A stretch of DNA of 64,000 nucleotides from Thermoanaerobaculia bacterium (GCA_963719225.1 CAVRAY010000001.1:256001-320000), one strand, 5' to 3'. Shown: positions 45,612 through 59,484, counted from the stretch's first letter. Numbers and translations are program-made. Notes: generated by a model not told the origin, from the sequence alone.

Positions 45612-47239
45612 CGTTGCGAGGCGGGGGGCTGCGGCGACGTGCCGCCGGGCTCCAGGGACCGCGCTTCGGGCGCGAGGTACGTGGTCGAGGTCGGGAACGC
45701 GAAGCCGCTCCCGGCGTCCTCGACGACGCGCATGAGGGCAAGAAGGAGCTCCTCCTGTGCAGCGAGAAACGCGGCCCAGCCGGGGGCGAGGATGTATGCG
45801 AAAACTTCGACGTCGAGGGTGTAAGCGCCGAGCCTGAGGAGGCGCACGTAGAGCGTCTCCCGCTCGACCCGCGCGTCGGCGGCCATTCGCGCCCGGCTTC
45901 CCTCGAGGACGGCCCGGAGCTGGTCGGCTGTCGTATCGAATGTGAGGCCGAGCGTATGACGGAACAGGAACTTGTCCCGGCGGCTCAGGTTCTCGATCTG
46001 CGACGTCATCATCACGCCGTTCGGTATCGAGACGACGACGCGCTCGAGGGTCCGGATCCGCGTCGCGTAGAGCGTGACGTCCTCGATCCCGCCGAGGACG
46101 TTCCCGACACGGACGAAGTCGCCGACGTGCACGACCTTGTCGGAGAGGACGACGAAGCCGCCGAACAGGTTCTCGAGGCTCTTCTGCGCCGCGAACGCGA
46201 CGGCGATGCCGCCGATTCCGAGACCCGCCAGCGTCGCCGTCAGGTTCACGCCTGCGATGCCGAGGATCACGAGCGCAGTCCCGATCACCACAAGGCCCTG
46301 GAGGACCTTCCGTCCGATCGTCAGCGACGACGCGGCCGTCTGGCCGGAAGCGACGAGGCGGAGAGTCGCCCGCGAGGTCAGGAACGCGATGAGGCGGACG
46401 AAGATCCACCCGATCGCGATCGCCGCGACGATCCGGGCCGCGCGCGCGTACGAGTAGCGGCCGAGAAGAGGAAGGCCGAGCTGCGAAACGAAGAGCGCGT
46501 GGAGGAGGACGCCGATCAGAAGCGCGAACGGAGGGCGGAACGTCGCGAGCAGGCCCGTGGGGGCCGCGCCGGCCGGGCGCCGGCGGGCCGCGAGTCTCAG
46601 GAGGCCGAACGAGAGCAGCCGTGCGGAGAGCCACGCGACGGGGAGGAGGACGAAGAACGCGAGAAGCTGCCAGATGCGGAGCGCGCCTCGGACCGGACCG
46701 CGCAGGGCTGCGGGCATCAGCGAGTCGAGCGCCGGCGCGCGGAGCCCGCGGAAGGCGGCTGGGACCTCGCGGAGCGTCTGGGGGGACACGAGCCAGATCG
46801 GGGGCCCCTCGGACGGCTGCGTCCGCAGGAGGAGGACGTCGAAGGGCTCGTTCCCGTGGACGACGGTGCCCACCCGATCGAGATCGGGGGAGAGCCCGTC
46901 GTTCACGTCGCCGAGCGGCGAGCGGCTGACCTTCTCGAGATCGCCCGAGAGGCGCTCGTCGAGGACGGCCTTGAGCTGCTTGGCCATCTGCTCGGGAGAC
47001 GTGGTCGACCCCTTCGGCCACTGGAGGTACTCGGTCGCGGCGGCCCAGTTCTCACGGGCCGCGGCCCGCATGTACCCGAAGAAAGCGCCGTGCGGCGTCT
47101 CACGCTGATAGGGATCGCCGGCGGGTTCGACCGCCGCGGGCGTGGGGGACGTGACGGGCAGGAGCTGCGCGGGAGCAGGCGAAACGGGCCCCGCGAGGAC
47201 GACGGCCAGAACTTGGGCCCGAAACGGAGGACGCATCAT
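45608..47239 (-). CDS. MscS-family mechanosensitive channel with periplasmic N-terminal domain
   Basis: LAGLGIGGIAVAFAAQKSLENLFGG, VGDF, TRIRT, IPNG, FAFPT. Confidence 0.93.
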   Translation of the reverse strand: MMRPPFRAQVLAVVLAGPVSPAPAQLLPVTSPTPAAVEPAGDPYQRETPHGAFFGYMRAAARENWAAATEYLQWPKGSTTSPEQMAKQLKAVLDERLSGDLEKVSRSPLGDVNDGLSPDLDRVGTVVHGNEPFDVLLLRTQPSEGPPIWLVSPQTLREVPAAFRGLRAPALDSLMPAALRGPVRGALRIWQLLAFFVLLPVAWLSARLLSFGLLRLAARRRPAGAAPTGLLATFRPPFALLIGVLLHALFVSQLGLPLLGRYSYARAARIVAAIAIGWIFVRLIAFLTSRATLRLVASGQTAASSLTIGRKVLQGLVVIGTALVILGIAGVNLTATLAGLGIGGIAVAFAAQKSLENLFGGFVVLSDKVVHVGDFVRVGNVLGGIEDVTLYATRIRTLERVVVSIPNGVMMTSQIENLSRRDKFLFRHTLGLTFDTTADQLRAVLEGSRARMAADARVERETLYVRLLRLGAYTLDVEVFAYILAPGWAAFLAAQEELLLALMRVVEDAGSGFAFPTSTTYLAPEARSLEPGGTSPQPPASQR

Positions 47240-47787
47240 CGTTTGGAGAGCGTATCCCACCGCATCCAGGGAGGCCGCCGGCGGGCGATGCGGGCGGCCA
47301 CGGGGCACGAAGGCCGGTGCGCCCCCGGCAGCCAGCCCGTCGACACGAGGAACTCGTTCACGATTTCTCCTCCCGTGAAACGGAACGTGGCCCGAAAGAG
47401 TTTCACCCACTGGTCCTTCGAAAGAGGATGGTGGGCGTCGATCCACGCAGCGAAAGAGCCGTGACTCTTCCGGAGCGCGAGGAGAACCGCTGCGTTGTGG
47501 ACGACGGCCTCGACCTTGAGGCGGTTCCGGACGATCCCGGCGTCGGCGAGCAGGCGCCTCTTCTCCCGGGCGCCGTAGCGCGCCACGACCTCCGGATCGA
47601 AGCCGGCGAACGCAGCGCGAAAGTTCTCCCGCTTCCTGAGGATCGTCGCCCACGAAAGGCCCGCCTGGTTGATCTCGAGCGCGAGGCGCTCGAGGAGCTC
47701 CGAGTCCTTCCTCAGCGGAAACCCGTATTCGCGGTCGTGATACGGCCCGTGCAGGGGATCGCCGGGCGCGAAGTCGCAATAAGACAT
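47236..47787 (-). CDS. tag: DNA-3-methyladenine glycosylase I
   Basis: YHDREYG, LEINQAGLSW.TIL.KRE, GIVRNRLK, H...C. Confidence 0.95.
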   Translation of the reverse strand: MSYCDFAPGDPLHGPYHDREYGFPLRKDSELLERLALEINQAGLSWATILRKRENFRAAFAGFDPEVVARYGAREKRRLLADAGIVRNRLKVEAVVHNAAVLLALRKSHGSFAAWIDAHHPLSKDQWVKLFRATFRFTGGEIVNEFLVSTGWLPGAHRPSCPVAARIARRRPPWMRWDTLSKR

Positions 47788-47851
47788 GGGGAAGCCATTC
47801 TCGCGCGCCTCGCGGCGTCCGCAAGAGCTTCAAGCAGGCCGGGAGCGGACG

Positions 47852-48862
47852 CTAGATCGCGGCGGGCTCCGTGAGCTTGTAGCTCTGGAGGACGCGCGCG
47901 TAGTTCGCGCGCTCGTAGGCCGCGGGATCCGGGCAGGACAGGAGGCTCATGCTGCCTCTCATCTGGGCCAGCGATTCGTATTCGTGCTCTTCCAGGAACC
48001 GCGTGACGTCCGCGCGCACCTCGGCCAGCGCCTTCGGGCCGCGCAGGAGGAGCGCCGAGACCATCTGGACGGCGTCGGCTCCGGCCATGATCGCCTTGAC
48101 CGCGTCGCGCGCGTCGTGGACCCCGCCCGTCACCGCGAGGGACGCCTTCACGCGGCCCGAGAGCATCGCGAGCCACCGGAGCCGGAGGAGCAGCTCGTCG
48201 TGCGTCGAGAGCCTGAGCGAGGGCGTGACGTCGAGCGTCTCGGGATCGATGTCGGGCTGGTAGAAGCGGTTGAAGAGGACGAGCCCGTCCACGCCCATCC
48301 CGTCGAGCTCGGCCGCGAACGAGCCGAGGGAGGAGAAGAACGGCGACAGCTTCACGGCGACGGGGATCCTCACCGCGCTCTTGACGGACCGCACGATTTC
48401 GAGGAAACGCCTCTCGAGCGAAAACCCGGGCTCGCCCTCGTGCGCGCCGAGATCGTAGAGGTTCAGCTCGATCGCGTCGGCCCCCGCGAGGGCGATGCGG
48501 GTCGCGAACGTGACCCATCCCCCCGGCGTCGCGCCGTTCAGCGAGGCGATCACGGGAATCCGCACGGCTTTCTTGAGACGCTGGATCTGGTCGAGGTAGC
48601 GCTCGGGGCCGAGCAGGAACGCCTCCGGCTCCGGAAAATACGTCAGGGCTTCCGGATACGAGCCCGAGATGATCTCCATCTGCCGGATCGTCCCGACCTC
48701 TTCGCGCGTGATCTGCTCTTCGAACAACGAATGCATGACGATCGCTGCCGCGCCGGCGTCCTCGAGGCGGCGCACGAGGTCCAGGTCGTCGACCATCGGC
48801 GAGGCGCCCGGCATGAACGGGTGGGGAAGCGTGAGGCCGAGATAGCGGGTCGTGAGGTCCAT
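47852..48862 (-). CDS. Dihydroorotate dehydrogenase-like flavoprotein
   Basis: SLFEEQI, IELN, AVKLSP, LFNRFYQPDID, ERANY. Confidence 0.92.
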   Translation of the reverse strand: MDLTTRYLGLTLPHPFMPGASPMVDDLDLVRRLEDAGAAAIVMHSLFEEQITREEVGTIRQMEIISGSYPEALTYFPEPEAFLLGPERYLDQIQRLKKAVRIPVIASLNGATPGGWVTFATRIALAGADAIELNLYDLGAHEGEPGFSLERRFLEIVRSVKSAVRIPVAVKLSPFFSSLGSFAAELDGMGVDGLVLFNRFYQPDIDPETLDVTPSLRLSTHDELLLRLRWLAMLSGRVKASLAVTGGVHDARDAVKAIMAGADAVQMVSALLLRGPKALAEVRADVTRFLEEHEYESLAQMRGSMSLLSCPDPAAYERANYARVLQSYKLTEPAAI

Positions 48863-48872
48863 CGTCGTCTCC

Positions 48873-52493
<3,621 letters not shown>

Positions 52494-52618
52494 GAGAGCC
52501 TCCCTTTTTCGACCGGCCGGCCGGGGGCCCATCATGGAATTCAGAGACGAATTCCCGGAATGATGCCGATGTATCACATAGGCGAGACAGGGTTTACGTT
52601 ACGGAGCGTCCTGCCGAG

Positions 52619-55357
52619 TCACGGCGCAGCGGGCGCCTTCGCGAAATCGCCCGCGCGGACGACCGTCAGTTTTTTGGGATCGAGACGCCGGCCCAGGGCG
52701 TCCCGGATCTGGTCGGGCTTGAGCTCGCCCACTTTCTTCTCGAAGTCCGCGTCCCATTGGAGGGTCCGGCCGAGATAGAGCTCGCCCGCGAGCGTGCTTG
52801 CGAGCCCCTGGTCGTTCGCGCGCTGCACCTGCCGGCTCTGCAGCCAGCCGGACTTCGCCTCCGTCACTTCCTGATCCGTGAACCCTCCCTCGAGCGCGCG
52901 GGCGATCTCCTCCCGAAGGGCCTTTTCCAGCTTCGCGGTGTTCTGCGGCGCGTGAATCGCGAAAACGCTGAAGCGGCCCGAGGCGTCGAGCGCGCGCGCC
53001 GAGAGCTGCGAGCCGACGCCGTAGCTCAGGCCCTCCTTCTGGCGGATGCGGACCGCGAGCCGCGAGTTGAGAAAGCCTCCGCCGAGCATGTAGTTGCCGA
53101 GGACGAGCGCCGGGTAGTCGGGATCGGAATCTTTAAGAGCGAGGTTCATTCCGGCCAGGAAGACCGCGTTCGCCTTGTCGGGCGCTTCGAGCTTCTCGCT
53201 TCCGGCGGGCACGTCGTGGAACGGACGCTCGATCCGCGCGTACGGCTTCGGCGCCGCCCATCCGTCGAGGAGGGAGCGGACGAGATCGGACGTCTCTTTC
53301 GCGTCGAAGTCGCCGACGACCGCGAGCTCACCGTGCGAGGCGCCGAGGAAGCCGGCATGGAACTCCTTCGCCTGGGCGACGGTCGCGGCCTTGTACTCGG
53401 CGATGAGCTCGTCCAGCGTGGGCTCGTAACGCGCGTCCTCCTTCGCGTACGGCGCGAGGCGCCGCGCGATCGCCCGCTGCGCCATCGCCTGCGGCTCGCT
53501 CCTTTCCTGCTCGAGACCGGCGAGGTTCTCCTGCCGGAGCTGCTCGAACTGGTCGGCCGGGAACGTCGGCTGCCGAAGGGCCTCCGCGAGGAGCTTCAGA
53601 GTCCCGGGGAGGCTCTCGCGGACGGTTTCGACGCGCGCGCGAACCGTGTCGAGATCTCCCGAGATCGAAAGCCGCGCTTTCAGCTTGTCCAGCGCGTCCG
53701 CGAACTGCTGTCGGGTATGGACCGCGGTGCCGCGGGTGAGCATGTCGATCGCGAGGTCACTCGCGGCCCGCCTGCCACGCAAGCTGGCCTCGGTGCCGCC
53801 GTGGAGCGACAGAATCGCCACGACTGTCCCGCCGCGCGTCTTCTTCGGAAGCAGCGCGAGCTTCAGGCCGCCGGGCAGGGTCGACCGCTGCGTGCGCGCC
53901 TCCACGCTCGCGGGGGAGGGATCGAAGACCTCGCCTGCCGCGATCGCCTTGTCCCCGGCGTAGCCCTGGAGCAGCGCCGACGCTTCGGGCGCCTGAGGCA
54001 CCTCGGCCCGGTCCGGCTTCGCGGTCGGGAGGAACTCGCCGAGCGTCCGGTTGGAGGCCTTGAGGTACTTGACCGCGACGCGCTGCACGTCCTCGGCCGT
54101 CACCTTCCGGATGCGGTCGCGGTTCAGGAAGAAGAGCCGCCAGTCGCCTTTCGCGATCCATTCCGAGATCTGCAGTCCCACGACCTCGGACTGGTTGAGC
54201 GCGAGCTCGAAGTCCTTCAGCGACTTCGTGCGCGCGCGTTCCAGCTCCTCCTTGGAGACGGGCGTCGCGGCGAGGACGTCGATCGTCTCCAGGAGAGTCT
54301 TTTTCGCGTCCTCGAGAGGCTTCTCCTGCCTCACCTCTGCGCCGAAGAAGATGAGCCCCGGCTCCCGGAGGTTGAAGGCGAACCCGAATGCCGAGGACGC
54401 CTTCTGCGTCTCGACGAGCGCCTTGTGCAGACGGCCGGCGGGAGTGTTGCCGAGCACGTACGCGAGCATCTGGAGCGGAACCGCGTCCTCGTGCAGCCCG
54501 GAAGGCACGTGATAAGCAGCGATGAGGACCTGCTCGTCTCCCACGCGGCGCAGCGTCACTTCTCTCTCGCCGTCCTGCACGGGCTCGACCGTGTACGTGG
54601 GGATCAGGACGCGCTCGGGCTTCGGGATGGACCCGAACGTCGTCGCCACGAGCACGAGGACTTTCGCTTCCTCGAACCTGCCCGTGACGGTCAGGACGGC
54701 GTTGTCGGGCTGGTAGTAGCGCCTGTAGAACGCCTGCAGGCGCTCGATGGGGGCGTTCTCGATATCCGAGCGCGCCCCGATCGGCAGGTGACGGTAGTTC
54801 TGCTCCTGGTAGGCGGCCGCCAGAAGGCGCTTGATGAGGACGGTCTGCGGGTTGTTCTCGCCGGACTCGTATTCGTTTCGCACGACCGTCATCTCGGTGT
54901 CGAGATCCTTCTTCCAGACGTGCGAGTTCACCATCCGGTCAGCCTCGAGCTCGAGCGCCCACTTCAGGTTCTCGTCCGTCGCCTGGAAGGTCTCGAAATA
55001 GTTCGTCCGGTCGAACGACGTCGTGCCGTTCGGCCGTGCGCCGTGGGCCGTCAGCTCCTGCGGGATGTTCGGGTGCTTGTCCGTCCCCTTGAAGACCATG
55101 TGCTCGAGGAGGTGGGCCATGCCGGTCTCGCCGTAGCCTTCGTGTCGGGCGCCGACGAGGTACGTGATGTTCACGGTGATCGTCTGCTTGGTGGGATCCG
55201 GGAAGAGAAGGATCCGAAGCCCGTTGGCGAGCTTGTATTCCGTGATCCCTTCGACCGAGGTCACCCGCTGCGGCTCCCCCGCGGCGCGCGCCGTGACCGG
55301 GAGAGCGAGGACGACGGCGAGGGCGAGGATGGTATGAAGGCGGAAGGCTCGCGGCAT
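52619..55357 (-). CDS. M16-family zinc protease (PqqL-like)
   Basis: Signal peptide, HLLEH, NGTT.FDRTNY, IRQKEGLSY. Confidence 0.95.
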   Translation of the reverse strand: MPRAFRLHTILALAVVLALPVTARAAGEPQRVTSVEGITEYKLANGLRILLFPDPTKQTITVNITYLVGARHEGYGETGMAHLLEHMVFKGTDKHPNIPQELTAHGARPNGTTSFDRTNYFETFQATDENLKWALELEADRMVNSHVWKKDLDTEMTVVRNEYESGENNPQTVLIKRLLAAAYQEQNYRHLPIGARSDIENAPIERLQAFYRRYYQPDNAVLTVTGRFEEAKVLVLVATTFGSIPKPERVLIPTYTVEPVQDGEREVTLRRVGDEQVLIAAYHVPSGLHEDAVPLQMLAYVLGNTPAGRLHKALVETQKASSAFGFAFNLREPGLIFFGAEVRQEKPLEDAKKTLLETIDVLAATPVSKEELERARTKSLKDFELALNQSEVVGLQISEWIAKGDWRLFFLNRDRIRKVTAEDVQRVAVKYLKASNRTLGEFLPTAKPDRAEVPQAPEASALLQGYAGDKAIAAGEVFDPSPASVEARTQRSTLPGGLKLALLPKKTRGGTVVAILSLHGGTEASLRGRRAASDLAIDMLTRGTAVHTRQQFADALDKLKARLSISGDLDTVRARVETVRESLPGTLKLLAEALRQPTFPADQFEQLRQENLAGLEQERSEPQAMAQRAIARRLAPYAKEDARYEPTLDELIAEYKAATVAQAKEFHAGFLGASHGELAVVGDFDAKETSDLVRSLLDGWAAPKPYARIERPFHDVPAGSEKLEAPDKANAVFLAGMNLALKDSDPDYPALVLGNYMLGGGFLNSRLAVRIRQKEGLSYGVGSQLSARALDASGRFSVFAIHAPQNTAKLEKALREEIARALEGGFTDQEVTEAKSGWLQSRQVQRANDQGLASTLAGELYLGRTLQWDADFEKKVGELKPDQIRDALGRRLDPKKLTVVRAGDFAKAPAAP

Positions 55358-55480
55358 GAAATCCTCCATCGGCCCGCGGTTCAGACGTGCCGATCGGCAA
55401 CCATATCGCAAAGCTGGAGCGCCAAGTCCCGCGCACGTTTGCACGTTGGACGAGCGGTGGCCGCGCCACTTCCCCATGAC

Positions 55481-56416
55481 GTGACCAGCAAGCTCGCCGT
55501 TGTCGTGACGCTCCTTGCGATCGGCGTGAGCCCGCGCGGTTCAGCGGCAGAGAACGAAGGTTCCGCAGGCACCATCGTCCGCCCGTCTCAATGGACGCCG
55601 ACGTCCCGCGTCGGGGCGCCGCCTCCTCTCGTGAATCCATTCGCGGTCTGGACCGGATCGAGAATGCTGGTCTGGTCCAATGGCGGCGGGCTCTACGACC
55701 CCGAGACCGACAGCTGGACCACGATCTCGAAGACGGGTGCACCAAGGTTCGTTGGGGGGGTCATCGCCGCTGCATGGACGGGTTCGCGCATGTTTGGGGA
55801 GAGACGGAGTCCGGACCGCGGGCGCGTGGTACGAACCGGAAGGCGATCGATGGGGTCCCATCTCTTCGGCGCCGTTCCTGTCAGGGCGACGCTTCGTTTC
55901 CACGGTCTGGACCGGTTCCCGGGTGATCGTGTGGGGCGGCTTGGGCTCCGCGTTTTTCAACGCTGGACGCCGTTTCCCTCGGACTATCCGATGACGGGGC
56001 CCAGGTGTGATTCCACGCTCGGCGGGTACAGGATCTCGCCGACGCTCGTGTGGACCGGCCGCACGATGGTCGCGTGGGGCGGTCATTGTTCGAGAAGAGG
56101 CGGGATCTTCGACCCGGAGTCGGGACGTTGGACGTCGACCCCGCTCCTTGGGGCACCGGCTGGAAGATACGGACACGCGGCAGTCTGGACCGGTACGAAG
56201 ATGATCGTCTGGGGCGGGAACGACTTCTGGCAAGACCTCGATACGGGCGGCGTCTGGAATCCCGTTCCGGAACGCGAGGAGCGTCGCGGGCCCGCGCGCG
56301 TCGGTGGGGAAGAGATCCCCTTAGGTCCTGGGCTGAATGGGGAGAAAAAGTTGGTACCGCGTACGGGATTTGAACCCGTGATCTCCGCCTTGAGAGGGCG
56401 GCGTCCTAACCGCTAG
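55481..56416 (+). pseudogene. Kelch-like beta-propeller gene with two compensating frameshifts
   Basis: VWTGxxMxVWGG repeats continue in the +1 frame between about 55800 and 55975, then return to the first frame; no stop until inside the tRNA. Confidence 0.6.
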
Positions 56417-56427
56417 ACGAACGCGGC
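56352..56427 (-). tRNA. tRNA-Glu(CTC)
   Basis: 76 nt; acceptor GCCGCGT/ACGCGGT plus ACCA; anticodon arm CCGCC-CTCTCAA-GGCGG; T-loop TTCAAAT. Confidence 0.97.
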
Positions 56428-56506
56428 ACATCCCGATTTCGGGGGGCTCTTCGGCCCGCGGGGAGGCGAAATCTAGCATGCGGCCGTTCGGAGGCACAAT
56501 CCCGGC

Positions 56507-57580
56507 ATGGAATTCGGCATCCTCGGGCTCGAGCTCTCGGGCAAGACGACTCTCTTCTCCCTTCTGACCCGCCACCAGACAGCCGCCGCGCCGCACAAGC
56601 GCGAGGCGCACGTGGGCGTCGCGCACGTGCCCGATCCGCGGCTCGACAGGCTGACCGCGATGTTCAAGCCGAAGAAGCACACGCCCGCGACCGTGAAGTT
56701 CGTGGACGTGCCGGGCGTGACGAAGGGCGGCGGACAGAGCCTGAACCTCCCCGAGCTCCGGATGATGGACGGTCTCGCGGTCGTCGTGCGGGGCTTCACG
56801 TCCGACGCGGTCCCACATCCCGAAGGCTCCGTCGATCCCGCGCGCGACCTCGAGCTTCTCGAAACGGAGATGCTCCTCGCCGACCTTTCGGTCGTCACGA
56901 ACCGGCTCGAGCGCGTCCTCAAGGACATCGCCAAGAAGAAGACGCCCGAGCTCGAGTCGGAGAAGAATCTCCTGACGCGCTTCCGGGACGCGCTCGACAA
57001 GGGCGAGCCCCTCAGGCCGTTCGAGGTCTCTCCGGACGAGGAAAAGCTCGTGCGCGGCTTCGGACTCCTGACGCGGAAGCCGATGCTCGTGATCCTGAAC
57101 GCGAGCGAGGACGAAGCTTCGGATCTCGCCGGGGCGCTCCAGCGCGCGAAGCTCGACAAGTGGAAAGGGCAGCCGAAGGTCGCCTTCAGCGAGGTCTCGG
57201 CCCCGATCGAGCAGGAGATCGCCGCGATGTCGTTGGAGGACCAGGCCGAATTCCTGAAAGGCCTCGGCCTTCCGGACCGCGCGCTCGACCGGCTCCTCCA
57301 CGCCGCGTACGACCTCCTCGGCCTCGTCTCGTTCCTGACCGCGGGCGAGGACGAATGCCGGGCGTGGTCGATCCCGCGGGGGACGCACGCCGCCCAGGCG
57401 GCCGGCGTCATCCACACCGACTTCGAGAAACACTTCATCCGCGCCGAGGTCGTGCCCTTCCAGACGCTCGTGGAAACAGGCTCGCTCGCCGCATGCCGCA
57501 CGCACGGCACGCTGCGTCTCGAGGGCCGCGACTACGTCGTGAAGGACGGCGACGTCATCAATTTCCGGGTGTCGGCCTAG
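56507..57580 (+). CDS. ychF: YchF/Ola1-family ATPase
   Basis: G...SGKTT, VPDPRL, LLT.KP, AAGVIHTDFEK.FIRAEV, LEG.DYVVKDGD. Confidence 0.93.
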   Translation: MEFGILGLELSGKTTLFSLLTRHQTAAAPHKREAHVGVAHVPDPRLDRLTAMFKPKKHTPATVKFVDVPGVTKGGGQSLNLPELRMMDGLAVVVRGFTSDAVPHPEGSVDPARDLELLETEMLLADLSVVTNRLERVLKDIAKKKTPELESEKNLLTRFRDALDKGEPLRPFEVSPDEEKLVRGFGLLTRKPMLVILNASEDEASDLAGALQRAKLDKWKGQPKVAFSEVSAPIEQEIAAMSLEDQAEFLKGLGLPDRALDRLLHAAYDLLGLVSFLTAGEDECRAWSIPRGTHAAQAAGVIHTDFEKHFIRAEVVPFQTLVETGSLAACRTHGTLRLEGRDYVVKDGDVINFRVSA

Positions 57581-57609
57581 GAGCCTTCCTGATTGATCAC
57601 CCCGCGCCC

Positions 57610-58458
57610 ATGAGATCCGGACGTCGGGGGGTCCCTACGTTCGGCGTGGGGATGCTGGTCGTGCTTCTCCTGGTGGTGTTTCAGCTAGCCGTGGCAATCG
57701 CGGTGGTCATCGGCACGGCGGTGCTGAAGGTGAAGCGCAATGACACGGTGTCGCTGGTCGTCGACTTCTGGGTGGTATGCGTGGCTGCCTTACTCGTGCT
57801 CGTCTGGGCGAGCGGCGCGCGCCGCGAGCCCCTGCGGCCGCTCATGGTCCCGAACCCCGTCGCGCCCGTGTCCCTTGTGCTCGCGCTCGTGGCGACCCTC
57901 GGAGCCTACGTCGTACTGTCGCAGGTCGACAACTGGGTGAACTGGCTTTTCCCGCCCGGACCCTTCATGAGTGAACTCTGGTCCCTCCTCGAGCGGGGAA
58001 GCCTACCGCTGATTCTCGCCGTCGTCGTCCTTGCGGGTCCGGTGAGCGAGGAGCTGATCTTCCGCGGCGTCCTTCTGCGGGGGTTCCTCGAGAACTATCG
58101 TGCGTGGGTCGCGATCCTCCTTTCGAGTCTCCTCTTCGCCTTCATTCACCTGAACCCGTGGCAGGGCGTGTCCGGGTTCTTCATCGGCTGTCTCTTCGCC
58201 TGGTTCGTCGCCAGGACGGGGTCGCTCCTCCCGGCGATCACGGGCCACATGATGAGTAACGGGCTCTCGGTGGTCGTTTGGCGCTTCCGCGCGATTCTAG
58301 GGATTACGATGGAAGGATTCCCTCCCTGGTGGCTGACCGCGCTGGGCGTCCTCGTGACAGCGGGGGGCCTCGTCGCGTTCCACCGCGCGACGCGGGTCGA
58401 ACGGAATGCGAGCGCCGAGGTGGTGGCGTCCGCCCGCCGGACACTTGAACTACCGTGA
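57610..58458 (+). CDS. CPBP/Abi intramembrane glutamic protease
   Basis: EELIFRG, FAFIH, H...N motifs. Start uncertain (57610 or 57652). Confidence 0.9.
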   Translation: MRSGRRGVPTFGVGMLVVLLLVVFQLAVAIAVVIGTAVLKVKRNDTVSLVVDFWVVCVAALLVLVWASGARREPLRPLMVPNPVAPVSLVLALVATLGAYVVLSQVDNWVNWLFPPGPFMSELWSLLERGSLPLILAVVVLAGPVSEELIFRGVLLRGFLENYRAWVAILLSSLLFAFIHLNPWQGVSGFFIGCLFAWFVARTGSLLPAITGHMMSNGLSVVVWRFRAILGITMEGFPPWWLTALGVLVTAGGLVAFHRATRVERNASAEVVASARRTLELP

Positions 58459-58552
58459 CGGCGACCGCAGTTCGTGCCGTCCGCGAGGGCGCGGGACCGG
58501 GGACGGCACCACGTCGGTGACGCCCCGGTCCCCGCCTTCCCGTCTAAACGGG

Positions 58553-59455
58553 CTATTTCTTGGCCAGCTGGTCGGCCATCTTTTTCAGCGACGCGATCTC
58601 GCGCTGCAAGCGCGCTCTGAGCTGATCCGGAGGCAGTGCCGCGAACATCCGAGCGACGAAACCTCCCCAGGGATCGCCGGGCCCGCCCGGTCCGAACGGC
58701 CCCTCACCCTCGGCGCCCTTCTTTCCCCAGAACTCGGCCCAGTAATCGAACGCGGCCTCGTAGAAGTTCTTGCCGACGACGCGGTGCCCGACGCTGTGGC
58801 CGAAGAAGGCGAGCACGAGGGCGCTCTTGCCCTTCGCGCACGACGCCACCTTCGTCATGGCGTCGATCGTGACGGGGCCCACGACGGGCTGCCAGTACTT
58901 GAAGTCCTTCGGCGGCTCGCCCGGCGGCTGCGTGCTCAACGGCGCGGGGAAATTGAGATGCGTTTTCGGCGTCGCGGTGACCGCGGCCGCCGATGTGAAG
59001 ACGCTGTGGTTATTCGGCCCCGCCCAGGCTGCCTTGGGAGTCGCCGAGAAGATCGGCGTCTCCTTGCGGAAGCCGTTCAGGTCGACGTCGAACGAGCGGC
59101 AGCGGAGGTTGGGCTCTCCGCCGTCGCCTGGGCCGCCCGGGGCGTACCAGGCCGTGGCGTGGACGACCGTGCCGGGTGGCTGCAAGGGAACGTTGAGCTT
59201 GCGCTGCGGATCCGCCGTCGGGTAGCCGGGCAGCGCGTCGGTGCCGTTCGTGGCGTTCCAGAAGACGAAGTCGAGGCCGTCATACGTGGCGGGCGCCGGG
59301 AAACCCACCACCGGGTCGCCGACGCTGCCGAAGTTCTCGAGCTCGATGCTCCCCGGATCCGACGAGCTGCCCTCCAGCTCCCACACGTTGTTGTTGTCGT
59401 CTTCGTTTGGACCACCCCAGGAAATCGAACGAAAGTCGATCAAGACCGTTCCCAC
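58553..59455 (-). CDS. Hypothetical protein (300 aa)
   Basis: GGAGG RBS before GTG, GC3 bias, 29 bp downstream of the 734-aa gene. Confidence 0.8.
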   Translation of the reverse strand: MGTVLIDFRSISWGGPNEDDNNNVWELEGSSSDPGSIELENFGSVGDPVVGFPAPATYDGLDFVFWNATNGTDALPGYPTADPQRKLNVPLQPPGTVVHATAWYAPGGPGDGGEPNLRCRSFDVDLNGFRKETPIFSATPKAAWAGPNNHSVFTSAAAVTATPKTHLNFPAPLSTQPPGEPPKDFKYWQPVVGPVTIDAMTKVASCAKGKSALVLAFFGHSVGHRVVGKNFYEAAFDYWAEFWGKKGAEGEGPFGPGGPGDPWGGFVARMFAALPPDQLRARLQREIASLKKMADQLAKK

Positions 59456-59484
59456 GATGAACCTCCTTCTTTAGGTTTGTCTCT

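Noticed and set aside
43549-47833. Long N-terminal extensions of ORFs 41962..45741, 43548..47021 and 45608..47833 (similarly 9026, 17221, 19889, 23807, 57160) as fusions or programmed frameshifts
   Set aside because: Arg/Pro/Ala-rich off-frame readings of the upstream gene. Most have a proper start overlapping the upstream stop, and the 57160 ORF has one just downstream of it.
52563-52578. CRP/FNR box upstream of nifJ
   Set aside because: Only one good half-site (TCACA); too weak to call.
52757-55480. 1219-aa plus-strand ORF as a giant fusion protein
   Set aside because: Its first ~900 codons are the antisense shadow of the M16 protease; only the Kelch-like tail is meaningful.
56280-56352. 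Prophage or island integrated at tRNA-Glu
   Set aside because: No integrase, phage genes or duplicated tRNA 3' end seen in the window.
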